Source of the DNA: Stegostoma tigrinum
Taxonomy: Eukaryota
Length of the DNA stretch: 64,000 nucleotides
Reading direction: 5' to 3'
Assembly: GCF_030684315.1 (NCBI RefSeq)
Contig: NW_026728269.1
Coordinates: 62,001-126,000 of the forward strand
Shown here: positions 13,201 through 28,200 of the stretch, in pieces
Position numbering within the stretch: the stretch's first letter is position 1
Layout of the letters: the number at the start of each line of letters is the position of its first letter
Program-made: the position numbers and the translations under genes
Notes under the pieces: model-generated
Told to the model about the DNA's origin: nothing
The model's input: only the letters and a program-made list of their open reading frames with translations
The model's database searches: none

Positions 13201-16200
13201 GAGAAAAATATCACAAGAGTGACAGTAACACAAAAATGCAGGAGAAGGAGGGGAGAAAAGCAAAAAGAATTAGAGAAAGACAGGGATCATATGCAAGGAA
13301 TAAAGCAAAGCTGTAATTCCAGTGGATGTCAAATTGTATCACTACATTTATAACCTGAAAACTTCTGACTGCCTTATCTGGATGTGTTTAACTTTCAGTA
13401 CTGGAAAGGTTGAATATTAACGATTGAATATCAATCTCTGAAACCCCATCCATCTTATTGTGTAAGCTTTGATGTGCTAGGTGAGGGGGTTATGGAACCG
13501 AAATGTGGAGACAGAATTAACATACAAATGGTCTCACTGGAAAAGTGGGACAAGCTCAAGGAGCCAAATTGAACAGGGAGCACAGTCTTTAATGTTTAAG
13601 TGGCAGTTGACTGCAAGAGGTGAATTTGCACATAAAGGCCTACAGTTACCAAACACCTAAAAGACCATGTTTTCTGTGTCCTCTTTAGGATACCTCTTCT
13701 TCTGCTGGTTCACAGAGCTGCAACTGGCAAACAGCCAGGAGGTGATTTCACTCCGATTTACTGCTTTTCTCAATGAGACATACAACGCTGTCACTTTCCT
13801 GATCCTGGCTCTGATTGTTGCAGAGACTCACTTCACCACCAGATTCCAGCGGACGGTGCCCCTGGGAAAGCACCAGGTCTCTGCCCAGCCATCTCCTGCC
13901 AGCCACCAGCTAGCCTTGATGAATGGTGTCTACACACTGCTCTGCTGGATCATTGCTGCTTCTTATGGGGCTCGCCATTACCCGGATGCCGCCCGCTCTG
14001 CCCGTCGGTGCCCTGGGGAACACTCCTTCGGCTACCTCCGCTGTCTGCAGGGCTTCTACCTGCCAGATCCTTTCCTCGTGCTTGTTGGGTTAATGGTCAC
14101 GACCAGCTACATCCTGTGTCGGGGGACGTACACAGACAGCTTGGAGGTGCAGCACCAGGTTCCCACATCAGCTCCACCTTCAGGACCTCAAATCTCAGCA
14201 GAGTCATCATGTCCTTATCTAAAGGTTGGCCAAACACAGACAGCATGCCACCCTCAGAGCCCAGCGGCTCAGCCTGGCTACCTTCTTCCTGGGCTGGTTG
14301 CTGCACTAATGCTATTCCCGGATCTCCCGTACTTGGGACTGACGTCGTCCTTCATCAGCTGCTTTGAACACCTTAGCCTGTGCTTCTTTGCACACATTTT
14401 GAAACACTCCCAACATGGTGCAGAAACGGTGCAGCAGCAGTCTGGTCTGTACAGATTGATCCACACGCTCCTGTGCCACTGGAGAGCACGGACAGACACA
14501 GCAAGGAGCTCTCCTTCCCCAGAAGGAATTTCAGAATTTACTGGAGAGATCAAACACTGACTGAGGGGAGCCACTTTGCAGAACACATCTGTTCTGTCTG
14601 TAGGAACCTTCCAGCTGCTCACCATTTTAATCGACCATCTTGCCCCCATGCTAACAGTTGCATCCCGGGTCTGCTACAGTTTTCTAATGACGCTCATTGT
14701 GAGCTGAAGGAACAGCCCCTCAATTTCCTCAGAGACACGATACAGCCTCCTGGACTTGATATTCAGAGCTTTCCACCTTCTCAGCATGACCTACGTTCTC
14801 CCCATCACCACCCACCTCGGCCGTGTCTTGCTCTTTTTCACTCCTCCATTTACACCTATGTGGTATCTCGATCTCTCGTCTACCACCACAGGCACTCCCT
14901 TTTGTCTTTTGCTGTGGGCGCCCTCACAATCTGTCCCCCTCGGTCTGCCTCCCGAACGCTGTCAACAACATTAAAAACTACCACTCTCTGGCCTCCTTTT
15001 AGGTTCTGGCAAAGTCACTGGACTCAACATATTAACTCAGTTTCTCTCTCCACAGAAATGCTAAGTTTTTCCAGCAGTTTAAGACTTTATTTCCAAATTC
15101 CAACATCCGCAGTATTTTGCTTTTCGTTCACAGTTTAGCACCCTGTCTCATGGGATCACGCCTACTAATTTACTAGCCCATCAACGTGTGCGCTTGTATG
15201 CGTTTAAACTGTAATAAACCTGACAGCACTTACTGGCTTAAAGCCTGCTCCTTTTTTATGTCTGATGCTTGAGTTTAAGTTACAGCATGAACCTGACAGC
15301 AAGCTTTGTCAAAATGGGATAGGACGAATTACTAATCTCATAGTGATAGTGTTCCTGGGAAGCAGCAACCAATAACGAGATTGGATTTTACAATTATGAT
15401 TATGAAAGTGAACTGGCCATTCTGGTGAAGAGATCATGGCTATAGAGTAGCAAACACTTAATGGAGTATTTGAGGATGTGCAGAATCGATACATCCCAAC
15501 AAATAAGAGAAATTGTAAGGGATAGGTCGGTTCACTCATAGTTAACTAAAAAAGCTAAAGATAGTATTAAGCTCAAAGAAAAAGAAAAGACATCATTCTG
15601 CACAGATAGACAGCAGGTCAGAGACTGACAGAACATAAAAATAGCAACAAATCACGTATCATAGAAAAGGGCCTTTGGCCCATCGAGTCTGCACCCAAAA
15701 TCAATTCTAAATCTACTTTAATCCTGCTTGGTCCTTAACCTTGAATGTTCCCAAAAATTACTAAAAGATTAATAATGGTAGGAAAAAAATTAGATTAAGG
15801 CCAAAAATATTAAAAACAGGGTATATTTTAAAAACAAAGAGAACACAGTAAGTGGTGGTCACGTAGAAAAGGAGTCAGGGAAACTAGTAATGGAAGATAA
15901 AGAGATGACAGATATTTTGCACCGGTCTTCATGAGAGACAAGTAGCATTCTGGAACTAGCTGTAATTCAGAGTTGAAAAGGAAGGAACTTCAGAACATTA
16001 CAGTTACCTGGGAAGCAGGAGGGTCGGGGCGAGGGTACAGAGGTTCCTTTACATTGGAGAATAACTAATATAATTCTGTTATTGAAAAAGGGACGGAGAA
16101 AGAAAGCAAGAAAGTACAGGCCAGTTCACTTAACATCCAGCATAGGGAAAATGTTAGAGCCTATCTTAAAAATGTTATAACTGGGCTTTCGGATAAATTC

Positions 16201-19200
16201 AAGCCAACATAGGGAGATCATGGAGCCCAGTGAAGAAGTATCTTGTGCTGTAGATAATCTGGTGAACGTATTGTTCTTAGGATTTCCAGCAGGTATTTGA
16301 TAAGGCTATCACATTAAAGTTTACTGAGGAAAATAAAAGCTTATAGTGTAGGCACGGCTAGAAGATTGGTCGTCTTATGGGAAGCAGAGAGTGGGAATAA
16401 GTGTTTGAGAGAGAGATAACAAGGTGTGGAGCGGGATGAACGCAGCAGGCCAAGCAGCATCAGAGGCACTGGAAAGCTGACGTTTCGGGTCAAGACCCTT
16501 CTTCAAAAATGTTTGAGTGTCTTAGTATGTGAATCGCAGAAGGTTAATAAGCAGTTCTAACAATTAACCAGGAGAGCTAATATATTGGCAAAGCTTCCAC
16601 CAGCCACAGTCTGAGAGGTAAGTACATTTTCAACAATCCAAAACAAAGAAAAAGCATAGCAAGCATATCACATTGGAGTAGTGCAGGCAAAGCAGATAAA
16701 TCAACAGCAAGTCATAACATTAAGCGTCAACGAGAGATCGACTGGAATCAGTGGAATTTAAAACTGGAAGCAGTTGACATTTGTTCTGGGAGTTTGTTCA
16801 GTATTTGCAAAATCCAACCGTTCCAAACTCTCTCAGCACACATTCGCTTTCCTCTTACCTCTTGTTCTTCGTCCGATTCGGTTTCCTCGTTTTCTGGATC
16901 TTGGCAAGCTGTCTGCAAGACACAAGGTGCACAGTCAGCCCCAAGCAAAAGCAGTAACGTATAATGACACGGCATCGCAGAGGGGCACTGGGACAAAACG
17001 TGGACTCTGGGCTGTTTAAGGAGATGTGACTAGAAATGCCTGGTCAAACAGATATGTTTCTCAGTCACAGCATTTGTCCGTCACCTTTTTCTGCAGCACG
17101 TTCCGAATGGCTTTGCAGATCTCATCCAGACGCCCTGGCTCCTTCAGTGTGTCCCCTTTGCAGTGTTTCAGCACATTGTTCATGGACTCCAGGATCGTCA
17201 TGACCACAAGGCGATCCTTCTCCTCGTGAATGGTTTTCAAATAGTTTGGAAACACCATGGCTAGCAACTTCTGGAAACCTGGAGGGAACAGAGACACAAG
17301 ATGCATGGACTGGAACAGGGCTGGGCACGGGGATGCAGGGAGGAGGTAAGCATTTCAAAAGGACAACTATTCTCCACTGACTTCTTCATATCTCCCAGTC
17401 ATACACTGCACCAGAACCATACCAGCGAGCAATCAGGTAATCTCTTCCCAACAAAACCAGAAAGCAAAGCAAACTAAACAAAGTAAACCAAGCAACAAAA
17501 ATCTCTGCTGATTCTAACTAATGACCACAGGATGAAAAAGTTAGAATAGACGAATATGGAACTGCTCATAACTAAAGCAGCAGAGACCACTAGTTAGAAC
17601 CGCAGAATCTGGCGCACTGCTAAACTGTCACAGCTAACTGGCCACAATGTCTCAACTTCCAGTCGCTTGTGATAATGTGGTATACCTGCGCACAATGAAG
17701 GAGCTGAAATCTGCCACACAGCCAATCTTCTATGCATGCTAGTACCTTGCTTCTAACATCACGGGCCCTTATCTTACTCAGCAGCCTCCTGTGTAGCACC
17801 TTCTTGAAGCCCAGGTAGATAACATCCATTGGCTCTCCTTGGTCTACCCTGCTCATTACTTCCTCAAAGATTTCCAGCAGATGTATCAGGCATGGCCTCC
17901 GCTTGATGAAACCATGCTGACTTTGCCCTATTTTACCATACACTACCAAATATTCAGCAATGTCATCCTTTACAATGGAGTCCAAAATCTTACCCATGAC
18001 CCAGGTTAGGCTAATCGGCCTGTAATTTTACATCTTTTGCCTTCTTCCCTTTTTAAAACAGGGCTGTCATGTTAACTATTTTCCAGTCCTCTGGGACCCT
18101 CCCTGGCTAGCAATTCCTGAAAGATCACCACAAACGCTTCCACTATCTCTTCAGCTATCTCCTTTAGAACTCTGGGGTGTAGTCCATCTGGTCCTGGTGA
18201 TTTATCCACCTTCAGGCCATTCAGTTTTACTGGCACCATTTCCTTGGTGATGGCCACCGTACTCAGCTCTGGTCCCTGGCTCTCTTGAATTTTTGGGATA
18301 TTGCTCATGTCTTCCATTGTGAACACTGATGCGAAGGAATTATTCAGTTGCTCAGCCATTTCCTTATTCCTACTATCTCTCCGGCTTCATTTTCCAGGGT
18401 CCGATGTCTACTTCTGCCTCTCTTTGCCCTTTATATATCTAAAGAAACTCTTACAGTCTTCATTCATATTATTGGCTAGCTTACCCTCATATTTAATCTT
18501 CTCCCTCCTTGGTCTTTGTAAGCTTCCCAGTCCTCTGGTTTCCCACAGCCCTTCGCCACATTATATGCTTTCTCTTTTGCTTTTATGCTCTCCCTGACTT
18601 CCCGAGTCAGCCATGGCTGCCTCATTCTCCCTGTACCATGCTACTTTTGCCTAGGGATGAATTGTCGCTGCATCTCCTGAATTACTCCCAGAAACACCTG
18701 CCATTGCTGTTCCACTGTCTTTCCTGCTAGGCTCCGCTCCCAGTCAATTCTTCCCAGCTCCTCCCCCATATCTCGCCTTTATTCATCTGTAATACCATTA
18801 GCTCTGAGTCTATCTTCTCCCTCTCAATTTGCAGAGTAAATTCTATCATATTACGGTCACTGCCTCTTAAGTGTTCTTTTACCTTAAACTCCATTATCAA
18901 GTCTGCCTCATTGCACAACACTAAATCCAGTATTGCCTTTCTCTCGTGAGCTCTACTGCAAGCTGCTCCAAAAAGTCATCTCGTAGACATTCCACAAACT
19001 CCTTTTCTTGCAAAGCACTGCCAGCATGATTTTCTCAGTCCACCTGCACATTGAAATCCCCCATGATCACTGTGATTTTGCCTTTCTTACACACCTTTTC
19101 TATCTCCTGGTGTACCTTGCACCCTAGCTTCTGACTACTGTTTGGAAGCCTGTACACAACTCCAATTTATGATTTTTTTTTACTCTTGTGGTTCCTCAAT

Positions 19201-22200
19201 TCTACCCACACAGATTCTACACCATCTGACCCTACTTCATTTCTTCTTATTGATTTAATTTCATTTCTTACTAATACAGCAACTGCACATCCTCACCTCA
19301 CCTGCCTACCTTTTCGATAGGATGTACATCCTTGGATATTCAGTTCCCAATCCTGTTCCCCTTGCAACCACGTTTCTGAAAAGCCCATCACGTCGTACCT
19401 GCCAGTTTCAATCTGTGCCACAAGCTCATTTACCTTATTCCTTATACTGTGTGCATTCAGATATAACACCTTCAGTCCTGTATTAACCGTCCCTCTTCTT
19501 ATTGTCGTTCGTTTATCCAGTGTGCTTGAAGTTGGACTGCTAACCCTTTCCAAACACTCTCTGCTATGCGGCCACATGTATACACAGCATGAATGGTGGA
19601 GCCAAAATGCCATTTGGGCCCTCTAACATTCGATGAGATCACGGCTGATCTGATTGCTATCTTAAGCTCGTTTTGATCACCTTGAGAAGAAATTTTGTTG
19701 TTTTTAAACATGAACAACTCCAGGTTTTATTTGCCTCTGAGAGCACCGTAACAATTTTATGATGCCAAGAGATATGGGCAAGGGAGGGTCACTAGTGTTT
19801 AAGACACGAGCCACCCATGGCCAGAGGGAACACTTTTGAGGAAGTGAAAGCCTTAGTGCCCCTGATGTCTCTTGCCCACCAGTTTCCTTCCTTTACTGCA
19901 CACTGGATTTTGCCAAGTGATTTGAACAATGCTTCTCCTGGGGGATGAGGGCATGCCAGGCAGTGAAGTGGATGGGTGAATACATCCCAGTTGTTCTACA
20001 AGCATGAGCACTTTTGAACAAATCTCGTCCCTTAACTCACGGGACAAGCAGTGACTGAAACAAAAAAGTTGGCCCCTTCCCTTGTGCTGTAACAGGTCTC
20101 CTCAGGACTGAGGGGACTTACAGGCTGCCTGGCAGTGAACATCCCTGCATGCTCGTAGGGAGACAAGGAGGGAAGGAAAGTAGCCTCTGCCAAAAGGTGA
20201 CAGATTGTTACTCTGACGATCACCCACAGATGGCAGGGTGTGACACATCCTAAAGTGCTTCACAGCTCCAAACAGCAGGCCTGGGCACATTGTGGAGGCA
20301 GCAGGGCAATACACCAGAGGCTGATGAGCTGTAACACACACAAGTGTGAACTCATACATTTTAGAAGGCAGAATGTTAGGAGGGGATATAAATTTTAGAG
20401 TTAGAGTTAGTGGGGTAGGGGGCAGCAGTTGGTGGAAAAACAGTGACAGCTGCAAGCATAGGTACACGAGTCTTTGAAAAACAGCAGGGCAAGTTGAGGA
20501 AGCTCTTTAGAAGTCACAAGACAGGGTCCTCAGATTACTGTGTCCAGATGGATGGCATTCCTAAAGTGCAGAGCCAGATGCCTCAGAACCCTGCTAGAGA
20601 AGGGACTTCAGTTATTGTGAAGACTGTTGGGAAGCTGGGAATCTCTCCTCAGAGCTGAGCAACAAGAGGTTCAGTTGGGGTGTTAAAAGTCATGAGGAAT
20701 TTTGACAAATTAGGGAGGGGGAAAGGCTTTTCTCCTGCAATCGGATGACACACAGATTTAAGGATTAAAAAAGGTAAAGCAGCATGAGATGTAACAGGGA
20801 AAATTTGCTTTTTAGGCACCGAGGTGTCTGGAATACACTGCCTGAAAAGGATAGCGAAGTAGACTCAGTGGAGATTACCAAAAGAAATTGGGTAAATGTT
20901 ACCTTTGTGGTTCACACCAAGTGGGTGGCTCCAGCTAGGCCAGCAGTTATTGCCCATCCCTAATTACCCAGAGGGTATTTAAGAGGCAATCACACTGGTG
21001 TGGGTCTGGAGTCCAGAGCCATTTAGGGTGGCAGATTTCTTTGCCTATGGATATTAGCAACTCATTTTTTTTAAAAATAACAAGTGACAGTCTTTTATAA
21101 GTTGATTTTTATCAGATTGAAATGCCAGCATTGGCCTTGGGAGAATTCAAACCCACGTGCCCATGTGGGGTTTTGGATAGTTGGCCTAGTGACATTAACG
21201 GTACAAGTGAATCTTGCTGTTTCGGACTTGGATTGAAGGCAAAATGATTGGCCTCAACTTCCCTGCTTTTCTCCTGGCACAGCCGCTGTAAACTGTTGAA
21301 CTTCATATGCTGGAAGTTGACACAACAGACAGTGTGGCACTCCTTCAGTTATGAGCACCAGGGCTGTTGATTTCATCGATGGAGCTCGGGATCTGTGCTC
21401 ATGGGAATATGAGCCAAGGAAGTCAGAGAGTCCTCCCATTGGCCACGGCAGACACCACTGGAGCAGCAACATCCTGGGAAGCCTGGGGCTCCTGCTACAT
21501 TTTATTGGACATTGGATACGCTCTGTATCATAAATATCTGCATGGCTTGTTTCTGAGAACAAGCGATGATGTGGAATTTAAGGAAACATGTTAAAAAGAA
21601 ATGCAACACAGAGACTAATATGCTTCATTGTGGTAAACATGGAAGTCTCCTGATACTCTGGTTATGTACAGTCTGTAGAACAGAAACAGGCCACTCTGCC
21701 CCTTGTCTCCTGCTTCACACAAATCTCCTTTCATTCCAACTTTATCTCAATCCAACATATCCTTCTATACGTTTCTCCATCAGCGTCCTGAAAACACACA
21801 GAACCCCCACAGTGTGGAGGCAGCCCATTCGAACCATCAAGTCCACAGCGACCTTCTGAAGAACATCCCACCCAGACTCGTCCCTGCATTTCCCACCCTA
21901 ACACGATGGGCAATTTAGCATGGGCAATCCACCTAACATGTACATCTTGGGACTGTGGGAGGAAACTGGAGCATTCAGAGGAAACCCATGTAAACACAGG
22001 GAGAATACGCAAACTGCACACGGACAGTCGCCTGAGGAATCGAATCTGGGTCCTTGGTGCTGTGAAGCAGCACTTCTAGCCACTGAGCTGCCCTATACAT
22101 CCACACTACTCTCAGCCACTCCCGGTAATAGCAAGTTCCACAGCATGGGGGAAAGAACCTCCCATGAATCCCATGTTATAGAATTGGAGAATGAAACACA

Positions 22201-25200
22201 GCAGAAAAGCATTTGGCTCCAGCAATAATGCCAGCTCTTAGAAAGAGGTTCAGTGGGAAGCCCCGAGGTGAAAGTGTTACCTTCCAAGTTTTGGTCTGTT
22301 GGGTTTTCCTGAGCAACTTTGTAAAGGGCACAGCAGAACTGGCCAACTGCTTCATAGGCAGACTTCCTGACATTGACGTGAGGATACTGCAAAAGATATT
22401 AATACATTGAGATTGATCAAAATGAGGAATAAAATCTGCACACGGGGTAGATATAAGGACAGCTTGCATTTCTACAGTGCCTCCCAATACTTCAGCACAT
22501 CCCAAAGCCCTTTAAAGCTAACAGATATCTTTTGTAATGTGATGACGGTCGGCAGTGCTGTTAGAATACAACAGGATGCTGCCTCCTGGGGAATTCTTCA
22601 GCCAGGGACACAGCTTCAAAAATGAGGAGGCTCCCAAATTCAAATGGAGACCAGAAGGGTTCGTGTTAGAGCAGCGCTCCCTCAGCGCTGGCCCGCCGAC
22701 AGCGCGGCGCTCCCTCAGCGCTGGCCCGCCGACAGCGCGGCGCTCCCTCAGCGCTGGCCCATTTGGTTGAGAGGGAGATGGCAGGTGGCAGGCATTTCTA
22801 GAGCGCTTTTGGAAAAAGTTTGTCAGCCTTTGCAAGGTCCTGAATTTGGGCTCGCAAGTGAAGGGTTGGGCTGTGGACTGGGGTTCTTCGTTTTGTCCAA
22901 GCTTTCCACTGAAGTTCCAATCGATCACATAATCAAAACGATTGGTGCCCAATAGCAGCAAAACGAAGCTGCTGTTCTGACGGGCCTTTGTCAGAATTTA
23001 GTGAGGGCACGGGGCAAAAGCTGAAGAACTGCAGTGGCTGTTAGTTACGCGATGCATTCGGAAATCAGATACTCACATCATTAATGCGGAAGATTTCTTG
23101 AAAACACGTTTCCATAAATGGCATGAAGGCAGCCCTAAGATAAACAGAACAAGCATAACACAAAAATATTTTTATGCTAAACTAAGTCTAAACTAGTGTG
23201 ATCAGATCGCCGGCTGGGTCAGCATTTGTTACCTGTCCCTAATTGCCCTTGACAAAGGCAGCGGTGTGCTACCCTCTTCTGCCACTGTAGCCCACGTCAT
23301 GAGGGAGCTGTGCATCCTGTAGATGGTACACACTGCTGCTCCTGAGCGTTGGTGGCGGGGGGAGCGGATGTTTGTGGATGTGGTGCTAATCGAGCAGGAG
23401 GGGGCTGCTTTATCCTTGGATGGTATTGAGCTCCGAGTGTTGTTGGAGATGCCCCCATCCAGGGGCACGTGGGCAGCCACTTAAAACACACCTTTGGAAG
23501 GATTTTTTGGCCTTGGAGAGTATTCATGTCATTTTACAAGAATGACGCCTAGTCTTCAGGGATTACATTATGGGGACAGAGTGTACAAATTGGAAACCAA
23601 CACAGAAATGACTGGAAGCAAAAAACTTGGCAGGTCTGACAGCATCTGTGGAGAGAAAGCAGAGTTCGAAGAAACGAGAATTCTGCTTTCTCTGCACGGA
23701 TTTGCTGAGTTTCCCATCAATTTCTGCTTTTGTTTCTGCTTTCCAGCCATCCGTAGATCTTTGTTTTTTCATAGAAACAGGGCCTCGCTTTCTCTAAAAT
23801 TCAGAAGGTTAAGACTGAAGTTTTCGAAGGTATTAACACGACAAGACAGGGTAAATAAAGATAAACTATTTCCATTGGCTGGAGATTCTAGAAATAGTGT
23901 GTACAGTCTGAGAATTAGAGCCAGACCATTCAGGAGAGATGTTAGGATGCATTTCTACACACAAAGGGTGGTAGAGATACGCAGTTCTTCAAAACACAGT
24001 GGATGCTGGATCAGTTATGTTTAAACCTAAAATAGATAAACTTTTGTTAAGTGAACGTATTAAGGGATACTTGGCCACAGCTAAGCTCTGAAGTCACAAA
24101 GTGGTGGATCAGGCTCAAAGGTTTGAACAGCCCACTCCTGTTGCTTTGCTCACTCTCCTGGCCTGTAGGAGGCGAGTTACTTGCGGCAGGATACCCAGTT
24201 CTGCGACAAGGAAGATGATATCAGAGAACAGACAGGAGCTGATGGCCTTACCCGGTATTGACAGCAATCTCTCCCAAAGCGTCACAGGCATCCTCCTTCT
24301 CATCGAGATAAGCATTCTCCACACTGAAACTGCCCAGAACACAGAGGACAGCAGCAGAGAATTATACTGAAGTTACGGCAAAGAAACGGGCCACACAGCC
24401 CAACCAGTCTATGCTGCATTTCACACTTCACACAGACCTGCTCCCATTCTATTGTCATAAACGTTTTGTCCTTTCTACTTCATACGGTGACCCAGAATGA
24501 TACTGCATTCAACTTTCTAACCAGTCCCTGGGTTTAAAAACAAATCTTCACTTGAATTGAACACACAGAGATATCGGCTTGAATGCAGCACGTTATATGA
24601 TCTTGAGATGACCCAGAGTGCTTGCCAGCCAATTTTCTGATATGTAGTCACAGACACCACAAAGAAAAGGTGCAGCCAATTTGCATAACGTAAGTTCACA
24701 GAGTCAGTACCTGTCTCAATGATAACCAGATAAACTTTTCCCTCATGTCAAAGGTGAGGGATAGAGTGTGGCCAGGACATGGGGAATAACAGAGGGTGCA
24801 AGATGAGGTTTACCAGGATGTGGCCTGGAGTGAATTAGCTATAAGGAGAGTTGGACAAACTTGGATTGTTTTCACTAGAGCGTCAGAGGCTGAGGGGCAA
24901 CCTGATGTACATAACTAAAACCATGAGAGGCGTGGATAGGGTGGGTAATGGGAGCGTTCCTCACAGGGCGGAAATGTCAAATACTTAGGTGTATAGGTTT
25001 AAAAGGGATGGTGGGGAGAAAGTTTAAAGGAGATGCACGAGGAAAGCTTTTTTTATTTTTACACAGAGGGTGGTAGGTGCCTGGAAATCGATGCAAGGGG
25101 GAGGTGATATGATAGCAACATTTAAGAGGCATTTAGACAGAGACATGAACAGGACAAATGGGTTCCATGCTTCATTTGAAAGACTGTGCACCACACACCT

Positions 25201-28200
25201 AACACTGCATTGTAATTTATTAGTAGCTATCTCACAGTCATGGGCCAATGCCAGGTTTTGGTGAATCGGTTCAATTTCTTCTAAATGTGCAATAAATATT
25301 AACACAGATACTGTTCATTTGCCCAACCCCTCAACAGCATATAACAGGTGGGTAATGCCACACTCTCTATTTTACTCAACAGGCAAATTAATGCTTCAAT
25401 CTGGCTATGGACAGTACCTTTTTGTTCTCCCCCACAAAAAGCAGACAACATGTCAAATCTGAGGGACATACTTAGAGAACAAAGTCACATGACTCCACGG
25501 TTCTGAACAAATAAAATTTGGTACACAACGTTAAAACAGTAACACAACCTACAACACATTTACTCCTTATATTCTAACACCCAGAATTAACTGGAGTTAA
25601 ATACTGATTAACAGATGAACTGTAATTGAACACCACACAGAATGGGGTTCAAAAACAGATCTCATGGATTTCTCAGTTAAACCCTCCAATCGTTACTGAG
25701 GCTGGGGGGCATGAAATCATATTAAAACCTTACAAGGGATTCCAATTCGGCTCTTTCAAAGACCTATCTTCAGAACTCACTCAAAAACCATGCCAACTGA
25801 ATGTCTGAAGCCTGCGATGATAGGAATGTTTTTGTTAAGCCTCATCTCCCTGCTCCCAAGCACCCAAGTGAGAAAAGGCAACAACCTTCCCAACTCACTG
25901 TAAACCGTACGGAGTGACCTCTTGAAAACCTTCACTCAGTCTCACCCACCTAAACATTTTCATACTGTCAAATGTGGAGTACGGTCTTACCCAGTACCAA
26001 TGGATTGAAAGGTAATGAATTCCATCTCTCTGTAAGACGTAAATCAAATCAGAGCCCCACTGAAAGTGGAAGCAAGCGATAAACCACGCAGAACTGCACC
26101 CATCACGAGCTGTCTGCAAGCTGAGCCAGGGCTAAAGGACAAGATCCAGCAGTGACACATACCCTGTGATGTCGGCATCATCGTCATCCTCCTCCTCTTC
26201 TGTAATCGTCTCTTCTTCGTCCAGGTCGTCATCCAGAAGCAGGAAGGTTTTGCTGTCATTGTCATAGTGTGCCTGCGGGAAACCAACAGCAGGGTAGCGT
26301 CTAGTGTGGGCACAACTGGCCTGCTTAACATCATGTCCATGGCAGAGAAATCGTGGAGCTGCTGCACTGAGGGCCAAAGGGTTCAGGCCTTTCGGGATTG
26401 GAAAATGAACGCACACTGATTCTCAATCCAGGACAAGTGCGACTCCTTGGGGATGAGCAGCATCAGCAATTCAAATCATGTTGCTTCGACAAAGCGTTGA
26501 GTGGACAACCACTCCTCTCTGGAAATGTCATCACAGAGATGAATCTGTGTTTTACTCGAGGGGTATTAGCAGGCAGGGCAAATTGACACATAAAATGTTA
26601 GGTCAGGCAACCAAATGTTCAGTCATTGGTTGAGGGAGCAAATTCCAGTGCTCAGCAGTGAAGGCAGCTGGAGAGCAACCACCAGTAGCAGAACAACTCA
26701 ATGCAGGGATGCTGACGGAAAAATTTCTGAAATGCAGGCACATGTGGGCAGCAGCTTAACAGGATAGTGTTCATTTCAATACGTGGTGGAGTTTTCGATA
26801 AGCTCAAGCTCACTGGCACAGGGAGGACACAAATCAACGAGTCCCAAGGGAACACAGGGTGAAACGCCAGATTTGGTTATCTCTTACCGTAACCCCTTCT
26901 GTCGATTTGATGGACAGTAGCATCACGGTGGTCATCTTCTCAAGGTGAGGTGCCATGCTTGGACCCATCACCACTGACAGGGCAGCAAAGAGACTGTAGC
27001 TGCAATCAGAAACAAGATGTCGGTCAAGGCCTTGGAGACGGTGCGGGGCAAACTGACGAGAAATGGTGCCAGGGTCAAAGAATCCGGTGACATTGGGAAA
27101 CCGAAGAAACAGCCATCCTCCTTCTACCAAAGGAGATGAAGGAAGAGATTTAGCAGAGGGGGTGCCACTGCGAACAGTGAATATATGAATTGCTGGCAGA
27201 TTGGGAGCCAATACAGGTCAGAAAGCAGAGGGACAATGGACGATAGGGTGCAAGTTAAAATACTGGGCAGCAGAATTTCAGGATGTGCTGACGTTTCCAG
27301 TCAGGAGCGCATTGATTGAAGATAAGGGAAAGACAGGCAAGAGATTCAGCAGATGGTTTGAGTCCAGAACAAAGCTGGGTCCCAGTAAGAGAGTGAGAGG
27401 AGCAGGGAAAACTTAGATCTCAGCATTTGAAAAACGAGGTGGAGGAGTCCAGGAGGAAGTGCACTCTTACAGAATGCAAGAAGGGGAACACAAAACGCTG
27501 TAGTGACAGGATATGCTGTATCGCGGGCTTTGACTGAAGAATGTATGTTACACTGCATGGGAAACAATCGGACATGGACCACTTGGCTACCCAGAGCTCA
27601 CTTCTCTGAACACACAAAGAAGTGAGGCTACTATCCAGAACTTTGCAGCTATGTCCTTCACCACTGCAGAGAAAACTTACGTGCACCTCCGCAAATCAGG
27701 ATCATCTACATGGTCAATAAGGTTCAGACCAAGCTGGCAGCATTCCTCACAAAGCGGGAGAAAGACTTCTTTCCCAATTGTCCGAGCAAGCACGCCTAAT
27801 GTTTCTGTAATTGGCAAAAATGAGCAGCTTGGTCAAACTGGTCTCTCACTTCTACAGCCTTGCTTTCTAAAGTAATTTTAAAAACAAAAATATACAGGCA
27901 ATTATGTAGTCCAATCAGCCGCTGATCTTCACATCGTCAACGTTCGCAGGGCTGCTAGTGCAAATGTCTCTTTACAATGTTTCCCCAACAAACACACCCA
28001 GGAACAGGGACAGCACAGGGGCTGGACACAGAGTAAAGCTCTGTCTACACTGTGCCCCATCAGTCTTTCCCAGGGACAGGGTCAGCATGGAGTAACCCTC
28101 TCTACACACTGTTCCCAAACATTCCCGTGATAGATGAAAAACTCTGTAACGATGAGCATTCCACGCCACCATTAATTCCGAGCAGTTAGATGCCTCATAA

